Virus record (IMG/VR): IMGVR_UViG_3300009059_000716
Coordinates: 1 to 64,000 of that record
DNA length: 64,000 bases
DNA from: a virus
Strand: one strand, 5' to 3'
A program made the position numbers and the translations under genes. The notes beneath the pieces are model-generated. The model had not been told where the DNA came from, ran no database searches, and saw only the letters and a list, made by a program, of their open reading frames with translations. Below are positions 9,464 through 19,351 of the stretch, in pieces; the stretch's first letter is position 1, and each line of letters opens with the position of its first letter.

Positions 9464-11119
9464 ATGATACAATTAGGAATAGCAGCATTCTACCACGATT
9501 CAGCAGCATGTATCGTCAAAGACGGTAAAGTAATAGCCGCAGTAGAAGAAGAAAGATTTACAGAAATTAAACACGATGCTGCATTTCCTGTAAATGCAAT
9601 AAAATGGTGTCTGAAAGAAGCAAGAATTAAAATCACAGACATAGATGAAGTATGTTGGTATGAGAATCCTGAAACTAAAAAAGATAGAGTTAATAAAATC
9701 TTTAATAAAAGACCATTTACTACTTTTTTTCTTCGGAAGAAATTCTTACGGGAGTTTAAAACAAAGAATCCGGCTACGTTATTACAAACTATTGGATACA
9801 CAGGAAGGATATCTTTCGTTGACCATCATATGTCTCATGCTGCTTTTAGTTTTCTTACTAGCCCTTACCAATCTGCCGCGATTCTAACCGTAGACGGTGT
9901 AGGAGAATGGGAAACAGTAGGAATATACAAAGGTTCAGAAAACGGTATAGAGAAGGTGTTATCCATTGATTTCCCCAACTCTCTCGGTATGTTATACTCT
10001 ACGGTAACATCTTATTTAGGGTTTAAACCTAATGAAGGAGAGTACAAGGTAATGGGTCTAGCACCGTATGGAAATGCCTCTAAATACTTCGATAAATTAG
10101 ATAAGATATTTTGTCATTCAGATAATAAATTCTGGATAGATCAAAGATACTTTACTTGGGAGTATTCAGAACGTATAATGTTCAATAAAAAGTTTTGCAA
10201 ATTACTTGGATTACCGCCAAGACTTCCGGAAGATGAATTAACACAAGACCATAAAGATTTAGCAGCAGCTTTACAAAAAATCTACGAAAGAGAATTTGTA
10301 AGACTGGTCAAAAGAGCTAAACTTATGACAAGAGAAGTAAATTTATGCCTAGGAGGCGGATGTGCCTACAACGGTGTAGCAAATTCATTAGCATATGATC
10401 ATTTTGACAGTATTCATATTCCTTTTGCACCTTCCGATGCGGGATCAGCAATAGGAGCTTGTCTATATCAGTATAGAGGAGAAAGACAAGATAATTCATC
10501 ACCATATTTAGGTCCTGAATACACTAATTTCATAGTTCAGAGTACATTACATGGGTATGAAGATAAAGTTCAATGGTTTAAATTAACAGAAGAAAAGTTA
10601 ATTAAAAAAACAGCAGAACTTTTAAGAGGTCAAAATATAATAGCTTGGTTTCAAGGTAGAATGGAGTTTGGAGCAAGAGCTTTAGGAAACCGTTCAATTT
10701 TAGCATCTCCAAAAGATCCTAAAATGAGAGAGAAGCTAAATTACGTAATAAAAAAGAGAGAAGGATTTAGACCATTCGCTCCTTCCGTAACAGAAGAACA
10801 AGCCGATAGATGGTTTTATGTTCAAGAGAATATACCTTATATGAATCAAGTTGTAAACGCCAAAGTAAGAGACTTAGAAGCTGCAACACATGTAGACGGA
10901 TCATGTAGAGTTCATACAGTAACTAAAAAACAAAATCCAAGATATCACGCACTCATTACTGAACTTGGTAGAATAGATGAAAAAGCAGTTGTACTCAACA
11001 CCTCTTTTAATCTTAAAGATCAAACAATCACTATGACTCCAAAACAAGCAATAGAAAGATTTATAAATTCAGAAATAAACTATTTAGTAATCAATAATTT
11101 TTTAATAAGAAAAATATGA
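9464..11119 (+). CDS. Carbamoyltransferase (NodU/CmcH family)
   Basis: HDSAA, EEERF, HHMSHAA, DGVGE, KVMGLAPYG, GARALGNRS, FRPFAP, LNTSFN. Confidence 0.93.
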   Translation: MIQLGIAAFYHDSAACIVKDGKVIAAVEEERFTEIKHDAAFPVNAIKWCLKEARIKITDIDEVCWYENPETKKDRVNKIFNKRPFTTFFLRKKFLREFKTKNPATLLQTIGYTGRISFVDHHMSHAAFSFLTSPYQSAAILTVDGVGEWETVGIYKGSENGIEKVLSIDFPNSLGMLYSTVTSYLGFKPNEGEYKVMGLAPYGNASKYFDKLDKIFCHSDNKFWIDQRYFTWEYSERIMFNKKFCKLLGLPPRLPEDELTQDHKDLAAALQKIYEREFVRLVKRAKLMTREVNLCLGGGCAYNGVANSLAYDHFDSIHIPFAPSDAGSAIGACLYQYRGERQDNSSPYLGPEYTNFIVQSTLHGYEDKVQWFKLTEEKLIKKTAELLRGQNIIAWFQGRMEFGARALGNRSILASPKDPKMREKLNYVIKKREGFRPFAPSVTEEQADRWFYVQENIPYMNQVVNAKVRDLEAATHVDGSCRVHTVTKKQNPRYHALITELGRIDEKAVVLNTSFNLKDQTITMTPKQAIERFINSEINYLVINNFLIRKI

Positions 11120-11232
11120 AATTAATACAGTGGATTAAAGCCAAAATTTGGGAATATAAAAAAGAAAAAGAGTATAAGAAAAAGATCGCTGAATTAAAAA
11201 AAAGAGATCCTTTTACGTATAAAAACTTCTAA
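11116..11232 (+). CDS. Small basic protein, 38 aa, ending KKRDPFTYKNF (not in ORF track)
   Basis: ATGA overlap with carbamoyltransferase stop. Confidence 0.6.
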   Translation: MKLIQWIKAKIWEYKKEKEYKKKIAELKKRDPFTYKNF

Positions 11233-11281
11233 AAAAGTTTGTAGATTAAATTTATATTCTTATCTTAAGATATAAGACGAT

Positions 11282-11309
11282 AGTGTCGTAGCACCACTTT
11301 AAAAACACC
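11282..11309 (+). promoter_or_regulatory. Candidate preQ1-I-like riboswitch aptamer
   Basis: AGUG-UCGUAGCAC-CACU-UUAAAAACAC, between promoter (11239-11268) and ATG 11313 of the queD/queE unit. Confidence 0.5.
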
Positions 11310-11312
11310 GGA

Positions 11313-11606
11313 ATGGCAATGTATAGAGCTAACCGCCCAGTAGATTTAAAAACAGGAGAAGATTTAGAACAAGATCTTAACAACCTAAGAGAGCAGATTG
11401 AAAAAGATCTGTACGAAGTCAATCAAAGACAGACTACACAAAAATTAAAGGATATACCAAATCCTAAATTACATCAAATAATCTCATTTGTAAAATCCGC
11501 CATACGAATTGTATTCTCATTTGTAGGTATAATAGGATTTTATGAATTGGGATTTTTTGGCTTACTAATAGCCGAAATAGTTGGTATTTACGAAGAATTA
11601 GTTTAA
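11313..11606 (+). CDS. Small membrane protein
   Basis: C-terminal hydrophobic segments ending EELV. Confidence 0.7.
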   Translation: MAMYRANRPVDLKTGEDLEQDLNNLREQIEKDLYEVNQRQTTQKLKDIPNPKLHQIISFVKSAIRIVFSFVGIIGFYELGFFGLLIAEIVGIYEELV

Positions 11607-11615
11607 ATTAAAGTT

Positions 11616-12083
11616 ATGGGAAAATTTCAATCAACAAAAGTCTTTGACGGATTCAGTACGGTATTTCGTCAATGGAGGGCAGATGGTACTCACTGCCAAA
11701 AATTACACGGATACGGAGTATCTTTTAAACTATGGTTTGAAGGAGATCTAGATGAAAGAAACTGGGTCTGGGATTTCGGAGGAATGAAAAGAGCTAAAGG
11801 AACAATCGATGGGATGTCTCCTAAAGATTGGATGGACTATATGTTTGACCACACTTTTATCGTAGCCGAAGATGATCCATTCAGAGATTCCTTCTTAAAG
11901 ATGGATGAGGCTGGTGTAGCACAGGTAAGAATAGTACCTGCTACCGGTGCAGAAAGGTTTGCACAATTTGTATACGACAAGGTAGGGCCTTTTATAGAGA
12001 CTGAGACTGAAGGTCGAGTAAAAGTTATAAAAGTAGAATTTAGAGAACACGGTAAAAACTCAGCTATATATGTCCCTAGGTAG
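11616..12083 (+). CDS. queD: 6-carboxy-5,6,7,8-tetrahydropterin synthase
   Basis: HCQKLHGY, WDFG, FDH, E..A, EH.KNSA. Confidence 0.9.
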   Translation: MGKFQSTKVFDGFSTVFRQWRADGTHCQKLHGYGVSFKLWFEGDLDERNWVWDFGGMKRAKGTIDGMSPKDWMDYMFDHTFIVAEDDPFRDSFLKMDEAGVAQVRIVPATGAERFAQFVYDKVGPFIETETEGRVKVIKVEFREHGKNSAIYVPR

Positions 12084-12849
12084 AATAGAAGATTTCGATA
12101 AAAATCTACCTATTGTAGAGATTTATACTGCAGTACAATCAGAAGGTTCAAGAGCCGGGTACCCAACAGTGGTTATTAGAACTACAGGGTGTACCCATAG
12201 ATGTTACTTTGGTGAAGGAGGCTGGTGTGATAGCTGGTATACTTCTATTCATCCAGAAAAAGGTAAATATTCCTTTAATGATATTATAAAAGCATATGAT
12301 GATAATCCTCACATCACTGAAATGATGTTGACAGGAGGTTCACCTTCTATGCATGGAAAATTAGTTAACGAATTAACACATTTAGCTCATGAGAGAGGCC
12401 TTTTTATTACTATGGAGAATGAAGGCTCCCATTACCTGGAAACTGACTATCCTATCAATTTATTGTCGATATCTCCTAAGTTCAGCAACTCAGTACCTGT
12501 CATCGGTGTTGCGACCCCTCAAGGTGGAATCACGGACGAAAGAATGGTAAAACAGCATAATAAGTTTAGGCTTAATTACGATGCTATTAAAAAAAGCATT
12601 GCTTATCATTCAGACTACCATTTAAAACCGGTATGGGATGGAAAAGATGAAAAGTCTTTACAAGAGATTTTAGACTGTATTAAAACTCTAGACGCACCTC
12701 AAGACAAAGTATGGTTTATGCCAGCAGGAGATACAAGAGAAGCATTACAGAAGTCTTACCCGATTTTATTTGACTGGGTGAGAGATAACGGATACAGGTT
12801 AACATGGAGACCGCATATTATTGCGTTTGAAGATCAAAGAGAAGTTTAA
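12070..12849 (+). CDS. queE: 7-carboxy-7-deazaguanine synthase (radical SAM)
   Basis: QSEG..G.P...IRTTGC..RC....WCDS, LTGGSP, SISPK. Confidence 0.9.
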   Translation: MSLGRIEDFDKNLPIVEIYTAVQSEGSRAGYPTVVIRTTGCTHRCYFGEGGWCDSWYTSIHPEKGKYSFNDIIKAYDDNPHITEMMLTGGSPSMHGKLVNELTHLAHERGLFITMENEGSHYLETDYPINLLSISPKFSNSVPVIGVATPQGGITDERMVKQHNKFRLNYDAIKKSIAYHSDYHLKPVWDGKDEKSLQEILDCIKTLDAPQDKVWFMPAGDTREALQKSYPILFDWVRDNGYRLTWRPHIIAFEDQREV

Positions 12850-12853
12850 AACT

Positions 12854-13066
12854 ATGGCACAATATCAAGTAATTAAAATGCTTCGTAAAATCACAGAAGC
12901 AGACAGAGAAAAAGCACTAATGACATTAGAGCTACTTACACAAAATCCAGCTGGAATTGGAGACCACTCTACAGAAGATTTTTACAATAATGCAATAGAA
13001 GCAATTAAAGCATTGGCTGAAGCCGATGATGTATTGGAAACTATAGAACGTTATTATCCTAACTAA
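12854..13066 (+). CDS. Hypothetical phage protein
   Basis: ORF (ATG 12854 preferred); NPAGIGDHS motif. Confidence 0.7.
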   Translation: MAQYQVIKMLRKITEADREKALMTLELLTQNPAGIGDHSTEDFYNNAIEAIKALAEADDVLETIERYYPN

Positions 13067-13069
13067 GAT

Positions 13070-13381
13070 ATGAGTTATATAATTGGATCACCTTGTGTTA
13101 GTACCTGCGATACTGCCTGTGTTGATGTCTGCCCTGTAGACTGTATTCACGGCCCTATAGACGTAACAGGTGCAGGAGCAGAAGTAGCCGGAATGACCAA
13201 AGAGGAGATAGAAGGAAAAATGCTATATATTAACCCTGACGAATGTATTGACTGCGGAGCTTGCCTACCAGAATGCCCGGTAAAAGCAATCTTTGATTCA
13301 GAACAAGATGCAATTGAAGCAGGAGAAGAAGAGTACGTTCATAAGAACTACGAGTTTTTTGGACTTAAATTTATCAACTAA
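13070..13381 (+). CDS. 4Fe-4S dicluster ferredoxin
   Basis: [14 protein letters not shown] and [12 protein letters not shown]. Confidence 0.93.
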   Translation: MSYIIGSPCVSTCDTACVDVCPVDCIHGPIDVTGAGAEVAGMTKEEIEGKMLYINPDECIDCGACLPECPVKAIFDSEQDAIEAGEEEYVHKNYEFFGLKFIN

Positions 13382-13385
13382 CATA

Positions 13386-13970
13386 ATGAGAGTAAAACTA
13401 AGCCTAACCCTTATACTATTAATTCAGGTAGTATTCGCACAAAAAAGACATAGGGTAGAATTCCAAGTAGATGATCTATATAAAGGTATTTATTCTGAAG
13501 TTTATGAACAACCACTGTATGTGGAATATACTGTTAAATGTCCCAACGGACAAGCATCTAGATCTGGAATGGATTTTTATACCGATAAAGATATACATAC
13601 TTCTGACAATTTAGATTACGTAGATAATGTTTGGGACAAAGGACACTTAGCCCCTGCTGCCTCTTTTTCTTGTGATGTAAAGACACTTAAAAAAACATTT
13701 AGCTACCTTAATTCAGCACTCCAGCATCAAAACTTAAATAGAGGACAGTGGAGCCAATTAGAATCTTTTGAAAGAGATTTAGCAAACTTTTTTGAGGTTA
13801 AGGTTAGAATAGAAGTATTGTTTGAAGGAAAATTAACAGTTTTACCATCAGGAGCGACAGTACCATCCGGGTTCGTAAAAACTATAGAGTTTGACGGGAG
13901 AAAGGTTATTTTTAAATTTCCTAATAACGGAACGCATATTTCAAATTGGATAGAATATAGAACAAACTAA
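13386..13970 (+). CDS. DNA/RNA non-specific endonuclease with signal peptide
   Basis: DKGHLAPA, LNRGQW..LE, VPSGFVK; hydrophobic N-term from ATG 13386. Confidence 0.85.
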   Translation: MRVKLSLTLILLIQVVFAQKRHRVEFQVDDLYKGIYSEVYEQPLYVEYTVKCPNGQASRSGMDFYTDKDIHTSDNLDYVDNVWDKGHLAPAASFSCDVKTLKKTFSYLNSALQHQNLNRGQWSQLESFERDLANFFEVKVRIEVLFEGKLTVLPSGATVPSGFVKTIEFDGRKVIFKFPNNGTHISNWIEYRTN

Positions 13971-13973
13971 GAT

Positions 13974-14393
13974 ATGACAGAAAAGGTTTTTTTTAATTGG
14001 GATTGGGTTAATTTACAATTAGCTCTAATTCACCAACAGGTTTCAAAAGTAAAATACAACATCAGGCACGTAAGTGGAATTCCAAGAGGAGGTTTAATTC
14101 CGGCAGTTCTATTCTCACATAGGTATGGTTTTAAATTTATGGAGTTAGAACAGGCTAAAAATCTAACTACAGCAGCTAGAAAACAAGTCTTAGTATTTGA
14201 CGATATAGCAGATACTGGAATTACACTTTCAGAATTAGAAGGGTATGCGTTTAGAACAGCAACACTTGCTACAAGAGAGGGAAGTAAAATCATACCTACA
14301 TTCACCGGAGAATTAATTACCAACGATGATTGGTTAGTATTCCCCTGGGAAGAAAAAGATTCAAAAACAATTCAAGATTATCTTGTCAAATAG
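13974..14393 (+). CDS. Purine phosphoribosyltransferase (Gpt-like)
   Basis: GIPRGGLIPA, VFDDIADTGIT, WLVFPWE. Confidence 0.88.
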   Translation: MTEKVFFNWDWVNLQLALIHQQVSKVKYNIRHVSGIPRGGLIPAVLFSHRYGFKFMELEQAKNLTTAARKQVLVFDDIADTGITLSELEGYAFRTATLATREGSKIIPTFTGELITNDDWLVFPWEEKDSKTIQDYLVK

Positions 14394-14434
14394 AAAGATA
14401 TTTCTTATATTTAAGTATACAAAAACAGTTATAG

Positions 14435-15142
14435 ATGGCTAAAAAATTTATTAAAGGAACCGAATTGGTTCAAGCAGGTTTTGCAAATGGTATTTCTACT
14501 CAATTAGCTCAAAAGCAGGCTAAAGATGGACCCGAAGCTAGACTTACCGAAATGGAGAAAAATGAAATCATTTTAAATGCTTCTAATGCATTTGCAGATT
14601 TCTTAACAGCTTTAGGAGTAGATTACAAATCAGATCCTAACTCATCAGAAACTCCAACTAGAGTAGCTAAAGCATATGTTAACGACTTATGGGCAGGAAG
14701 GTATTCTCCTTTAGATAGAGTTACAGCTTTCCCTTCAGATGGGTATGATGGTATCGTACAAGAAAGCAGAATACCTGTTATCTCTATGTGTTCTCATCAC
14801 CATCAGCAAATTAGAGGAGAAGTAAGCATTGCTTATATTGCCTCAGAAAATGGTAAAGTAGTAGGATTATCCAAACTAAACAGAATTGTAGAACAATTTG
14901 GAAGAAGAGGAGCAATTCAAGAGCAATTAACTGTTGCAATCCATAATGCAGTAGATAAAATCTGTGAAGGAAACCAAGGAGTAGCCGTAATGATAAATGC
15001 TACACATGCTTGTGTATCCTGTAGAGGAGTTAAGCATCAAGGTGCAGCTATGCAGACTGCAAAATTAACAGGAGCATTTTTACACGAAGATTCAGCTAAA
15101 GCAGAGTTCTACAAAAATATAGAATTATCAATTAGAAACTAA
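14435..15142 (+). CDS. folE: GTP cyclohydrolase I
   Basis: ETPTRVAK, SMCSHH, GLSKLNR, QEQLT, HACVSCRG. Confidence 0.95.
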   Translation: MAKKFIKGTELVQAGFANGISTQLAQKQAKDGPEARLTEMEKNEIILNASNAFADFLTALGVDYKSDPNSSETPTRVAKAYVNDLWAGRYSPLDRVTAFPSDGYDGIVQESRIPVISMCSHHHQQIRGEVSIAYIASENGKVVGLSKLNRIVEQFGRRGAIQEQLTVAIHNAVDKICEGNQGVAVMINATHACVSCRGVKHQGAAMQTAKLTGAFLHEDSAKAEFYKNIELSIRN

Positions 15143-15152
15143 AATTAATTTT

Positions 15153-15368
15153 ATGAGCATAATACCCGCAGAATTATATTACTGGCAAGTCACAGTAGAA
15201 TTCAAAAGAGAGAACGATAGAGGTCGAATTCAAAAAGTAAAAGAAATTTACTTAGTAGATGCTATGACCGGAACAGAAGCAGAAGCTAAAACCTACAAAG
15301 AGTTAGAAGGAGAATCAGACTTTAAGGTAGTAAGCCTGACACAATCAAGAATTATAAAAGTTTATTAG
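15153..15368 (+). CDS. DUF4494-like small protein
   Basis: KVKEIYLVDAMTGTEAEA resembles Bacteroidota DUF4494. Confidence 0.6.
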   Translation: MSIIPAELYYWQVTVEFKRENDRGRIQKVKEIYLVDAMTGTEAEAKTYKELEGESDFKVVSLTQSRIIKVY

Positions 15369-15373
15369 AATTT

Positions 15374-15392
15374 GGTCCTTCGGGACCTTTTT
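15374..15392 (+). terminator. Intrinsic terminator with C(UUCG)G loop, overlapping a promoter
   Basis: GGTCC-TTCG-GGACC-TTTTT. Confidence 0.75.
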
Positions 15393-15424
15393 CTTATCTT
15401 TATATTATATAAAAAATAAAAGTT

Positions 15425-15928
15425 ATGCAATTATCATTATTTGAAGAAGAAGGGTATATACCTTTTGTATCTGAAGTAGAAACATTTAACGCAACCTTTG
15501 GTAAACCAAACAATTATGTTCCAACCATACCTGAAAAGAAAGAATGGCAGTTCGTCTATGATTTTATCCTCGAAGAACTTGAAGAATATAGACAAGCTTG
15601 TGAAAATGGAGACATCGTGGAAGTTTTGGACGCTCTTTGCGATATTACTTATGTTTCCCTTGGGAACGGTGCTATGTTACATGGTCTTAAAGCAAAGATA
15701 TGGCCAGCCTATCAAGAAGTCCAAGCAAGTAATATGTCAAAAGCTTGTAAAACTGAAGCAGAAGCCATACTTACCGTCAGCAAAAGAAGTGAAGAGCAAG
15801 GTGAGGCCTGCCATTTTGAAAAGATTGCAGAAGGAAGATATATTGTGTACCGTACTAGAGACCGAAAAGTAATGAAATCTGTTAACTACTTCAGACCAGA
15901 CTTAAAACAATTTTTTGATGGCAATTAA
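15425..15928 (+). CDS. All-alpha NTP pyrophosphohydrolase (MazG/PRA-PH-like)
   Basis: EELEEY..EVLDALCD..EVQASNMSK..KVMKS. Confidence 0.85.
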   Translation: MQLSLFEEEGYIPFVSEVETFNATFGKPNNYVPTIPEKKEWQFVYDFILEELEEYRQACENGDIVEVLDALCDITYVSLGNGAMLHGLKAKIWPAYQEVQASNMSKACKTEAEAILTVSKRSEEQGEACHFEKIAEGRYIVYRTRDRKVMKSVNYFRPDLKQFFDGN

Positions 15929-16115
15929 TTTAGAAGAACATAAAGTTTATGTAGAGAGTCATAAAATGGAAATGGTTCCCCTTTCTATTGCAATAGCAGC
16001 TATTGAACAAGCTAGCAATTTACAAGCCTATCAAGCTAAGTTAGATGAAGCAATGAAAATGATGAATGATGCTTTTAAAGATATTAATAATACAGTAGAA
16101 GAAATAGATGATTAA
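15915..16115 (+). CDS. Hypothetical protein
   Basis: ORF overlapping both neighbours. Confidence 0.7.
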   Translation: MMAINLEEHKVYVESHKMEMVPLSIAIAAIEQASNLQAYQAKLDEAMKMMNDAFKDINNTVEEIDD

Positions 16116-16908
16116 AATAGCACACGAAAGCCCTAAAAGTATATTTACAGATGTACAAAAAGTTACCGATTATGATTATGCTTTAGTACATTTATTTGAA
16201 GAAGATGAAGAGTACTTAGAACAGTTTAAAGTAGCTTTAAGAAAAGGTAGAGAGGTTATACTAGATAACTCTATCTTTGAATTAGAAGAAGCTTTTGATG
16301 CTGAAAAGTTTGCCGGATGGGTTGAAAGATTAAGACCTACCTGGTATATAGTACCAGATGCCTTAGAGAATGTTAAAAAGACTATGTCTCAAATGGCTGA
16401 ATGGAATTTTAGATATAAAGACCTGCCAGGCAAGAAGATAGGGGTAGTTCAAGGGAAGTCATATGAAGAGATAAAAGCTTGTTACATTTATATGAATGAG
16501 TTAGCTGATGTTGATATGATAGCGATATCCTTTGACTACTCGTACTATACTAAGTCTGTCCCACATCCTAACAAATATGTAAGTTGGATGCTTGGAAGGG
16601 TTAAACTCTTAGGAGACTTAATGAAAGACGGTGTAATCAATGAGAGTAAACCTCATCACCTATTAGGATGTGGTCTACCTCAAGAATTCTCCTTCTACTC
16701 ACAGTATCCCTGGATCTACTCATTAGATACTTCTAACCCAGTAGTACATGGTATAAAAGGAATCGAGTACGGAGAAGACGGCTTATGGTCTAAAGAGTCT
16801 CAAAAGTTATTTGAACTTATTAATTACGAAGTAGAAGATACAAATACGATCTTATACAATATTAATAAATTTAGATGGTTTACAAATGGCGAAAAGAAAA
16901 CGGTATAA
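16108..16908 (+). CDS. dpdA: TGT-fold 7-deazaguanine transglycosylase (DpdA-like)
   Basis: ILDNS, IVPD, GVVQG, HHLLG, SLDTS; located inside que cluster. Confidence 0.7.
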   Translation: MIKIAHESPKSIFTDVQKVTDYDYALVHLFEEDEEYLEQFKVALRKGREVILDNSIFELEEAFDAEKFAGWVERLRPTWYIVPDALENVKKTMSQMAEWNFRYKDLPGKKIGVVQGKSYEEIKACYIYMNELADVDMIAISFDYSYYTKSVPHPNKYVSWMLGRVKLLGDLMKDGVINESKPHHLLGCGLPQEFSFYSQYPWIYSLDTSNPVVHGIKGIEYGEDGLWSKESQKLFELINYEVEDTNTILYNINKFRWFTNGEKKTV

Positions 16909-17056
16909 AATAGGAGAGTTTGTAGAGTTTGCTTTTGCAGGTAGCACTGAAAAAGGAAAAGTTACACATATTAATGAAGCCGGAAGACTAACTGTCGATG
17001 ATGGAAAGTATACCTACCCTGTAGATGTTGAACAAGTAATAAATGTTATAAAATGA
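16886..17056 (+). CDS. Small SH3/KOW-like protein, 56 aa (not in ORF track)
   Basis: MAKRKRYKIGEFVEF..GKVTHI; ATGA overlap with next gene. Confidence 0.55.
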   Translation: MAKRKRYKIGEFVEFAFAGSTEKGKVTHINEAGRLTVDDGKYTYPVDVEQVINVIK

Positions 17057-17628
17057 ATAAACCTTGGATTTGTTTTTTCTCACAAACTGGAACTGAGATA
17101 GTAGATTTAGTAGAGAGACTCGGAAGACTCCCAGATAGAATTATTACTAACGAAAGACCTGAAAATCTCAGACAGATTAATAAACAGATCCTTTCTTGGG
17201 GTAACATAGAAGAGATTCTATACTATACTCCGAATAAACCTACTGTAGAAGATTATGAAAGACTTCTAAGTAAGTTTGATAATCCGGTTATAACTCTACA
17301 TGGCTGGCTAAGAGTGATACCTCCAGAACTTTGTGAAAAGTATACAATGTTTAATGGTCACCCTGGTCTCATTACAGACTATCCTGAACTTAAAGGTAAA
17401 GATCCTCAAGTAAGAACTTGGGATGGAATTAAGAAAGATATCTACCCTACAGCAGGATGTGTTATTCATAGAGTTACAGCTGGAGTAGATGAAGGAAAGG
17501 TTTTATCTTTTGAAAGATTTTCTACTTGGGATATAGCCACTCTTGATGAATTATTTGACACCTTAAGAGACAGGAGTCTCTACTTATGGGTAAATTTACT
17601 TAAGGGAATAGTTGTAGAAAAGAAATAG
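17053..17628 (+). CDS. PurN-like formyltransferase (DpdN-like)
   Basis: FFSQTGT, LHGWLRVIP, NGHPG, GCVIHRV..GVDEG. Confidence 0.85.
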   Translation: MNKPWICFFSQTGTEIVDLVERLGRLPDRIITNERPENLRQINKQILSWGNIEEILYYTPNKPTVEDYERLLSKFDNPVITLHGWLRVIPPELCEKYTMFNGHPGLITDYPELKGKDPQVRTWDGIKKDIYPTAGCVIHRVTAGVDEGKVLSFERFSTWDIATLDELFDTLRDRSLYLWVNLLKGIVVEKK

Positions 17629-17661
17629 TCTTCTTATCTTTATAGAAATAAAATAGGTTAT

Positions 17662-18180
17662 ATGATCAAAAGAATCGCATTAGTAGGAGCTAGTAGTACA
17701 GGTAAGACTACTGTTTACGAATTACTTAAAAACAAAATACCTAAATACGAATTTATAAACGAATCTACCCGTAGTGTAGCTAAATATGGTTTTCCTATAA
17801 ATGAACTAGGAACATCAGAAACACAGCTTGCTATTAGTAGTTTTCATTTAGAAGCGTTACTATCAGGTAACAATACCCTACTAGATAGATGTTATATGGA
17901 TTTAGCTGTATATTCATCATTCATGCCTAATATCTCTACAGAAGCATTTAGCTATATTATGGATACTTGGGAGAGAGTAAAAAACGAATATACCCATTAT
18001 GTTTATTTTCCTATCGAATTTCAATCAGTTGATGATGGAGTTAGAAGTGTAAATGAAGAATGGAGAAAAGATATTGACTTACAATTTCAAAATCTACTAG
18101 AAGGAGTAAGACAGCCCTACCTAACTGTAACAGGGTCACCATTGCAGAGAGTTGAACAAATATTAGAATTTATTAGTTAA
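17662..18180 (+). CDS. P-loop kinase (NadR/AAA_28, dNMP-kinase-like)
   Basis: GASSTGKTT, E..R, LDRC..D, DDGVR. Confidence 0.8.
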   Translation: MIKRIALVGASSTGKTTVYELLKNKIPKYEFINESTRSVAKYGFPINELGTSETQLAISSFHLEALLSGNNTLLDRCYMDLAVYSSFMPNISTEAFSYIMDTWERVKNEYTHYVYFPIEFQSVDDGVRSVNEEWRKDIDLQFQNLLEGVRQPYLTVTGSPLQRVEQILEFIS

Positions 18181-18182
18181 TT

Positions 18183-19091
18183 ATGTCAGACGTTAAAAAT
18201 TACGAAGAAGTAGTAAAAATTGCTGGAAAGCATTTAGGTAAAGTAGGTGGTGATGGTTATTCAGACCAGTATAACCCAGAATTGTTAGTAAAGGTACCGA
18301 GATACCTTAATCGTGAAGCATACGGCATCGATGATAACAACCTTCCATTTGTAGGTGTAGATACTTGGAATGCATATGAAGTATCAGCTATTACAACTAA
18401 AGGACAACCGGTTGCCGGAATGCTTAAAATTGTTTGTCCTGCCGATTCATCTCATCACGTTGAATCCAAATCAATTAAGTTATATTTGAATTCATTTAAT
18501 ATGACCCGCATTGGTGAATCAGCCAGAGAATGTATTTTAGGAATTGAAGCAAGAGTTAAAAGAGATTTAGATGAATTATTAGAAACTAACACAACTGTTT
18601 CTTTTTATCAATCAGAAAATGAAGTTCCAGCTATAGGATTTGTATATAAAGATTTATCTGAATATACAGACTTAGATGCAATTGACTTTACAGCTTTTAA
18701 ATCAGATTCTTCACAGTTAGAGGCAGAAGATGGAAATGGTTTTCATAAGGAGTACAGATCAAACTTATTAAGATCTAACTGTAGAGTTACAAACCAACCG
18801 GACTGGGGGGATGTATTTATTAATATTAAAGGTGAAAAAGTTCCAACAGCTGAATCATTAGCCAAATATATTGTATCTCACAGAACTGTATCCCACTTCC
18901 ATGAAGAGATTTGTGAAATGATTTATATGCACTTAAAAGAAGCTTTTGATCCTGAAGAATTAATGGTAACTTGTTTGTATACCCGTAGAGGAGGATTAGA
19001 TATTAATCCAATTAGGGCTTCACATTCAATGTTGATACCTGAATTCTTTACCTCTCCAGATTATAGAATCGCTAAAACTTTAAGACAGTAA
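18183..19091 (+). CDS. queF: NADPH-dependent preQ0 reductase, bimodular type
   Basis: WNAYEVS, VESKSIKLYLNSF, SNCRVTNQPDWG, FHEE, TRRGGLDINP. Confidence 0.93.
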   Translation: MSDVKNYEEVVKIAGKHLGKVGGDGYSDQYNPELLVKVPRYLNREAYGIDDNNLPFVGVDTWNAYEVSAITTKGQPVAGMLKIVCPADSSHHVESKSIKLYLNSFNMTRIGESARECILGIEARVKRDLDELLETNTTVSFYQSENEVPAIGFVYKDLSEYTDLDAIDFTAFKSDSSQLEAEDGNGFHKEYRSNLLRSNCRVTNQPDWGDVFINIKGEKVPTAESLAKYIVSHRTVSHFHEEICEMIYMHLKEAFDPEELMVTCLYTRRGGLDINPIRASHSMLIPEFFTSPDYRIAKTLRQ

Positions 19092-19351
19092 TGGCTGAGA
19101 AAGTAATCGAAGAACAACTAGAGTTGATTGCAACCAGAGTACCCCCTGGAGATAATTGGGAACTGACCATCGATAAAGAAAATATTATCGAAGGGTTGGT
19201 TCCAACTCTTACTACGTACTTAAGGAAAACTAAATTCAAAGGAGACTACAGATTAGCTCCATTAAGAGGAAAGTTATACGCAATCGTAGAAAAAGAAATA
19301 TTTATAGAAGAACCCGAACCAGAAAAGTTTGATCTGTACGGAGAACTATAA
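19091..19351 (+). CDS. Hypothetical protein
   Basis: ORF only. Confidence 0.7.
   Translation: MAEKVIEEQLELIATRVPPGDNWELTIDKENIIEGLVPTLTTYLRKTKFKGDYRLAPLRGKLYAIVEKEIFIEEPEPEKFDLYGEL

Noticed and set aside
17053-17628. purN as de novo purine auxiliary gene
   Set aside because: No other pur genes; position between dpdA-like and queF suggests a deazaguanine formyltransferase.
7001-19091. que genes as simple tRNA queuosine biosynthesis
   Set aside because: No queA/queG in the window; short DpdA-like TGT with formyltransferase fits DNA modification better, though tRNA use is not formally excluded.
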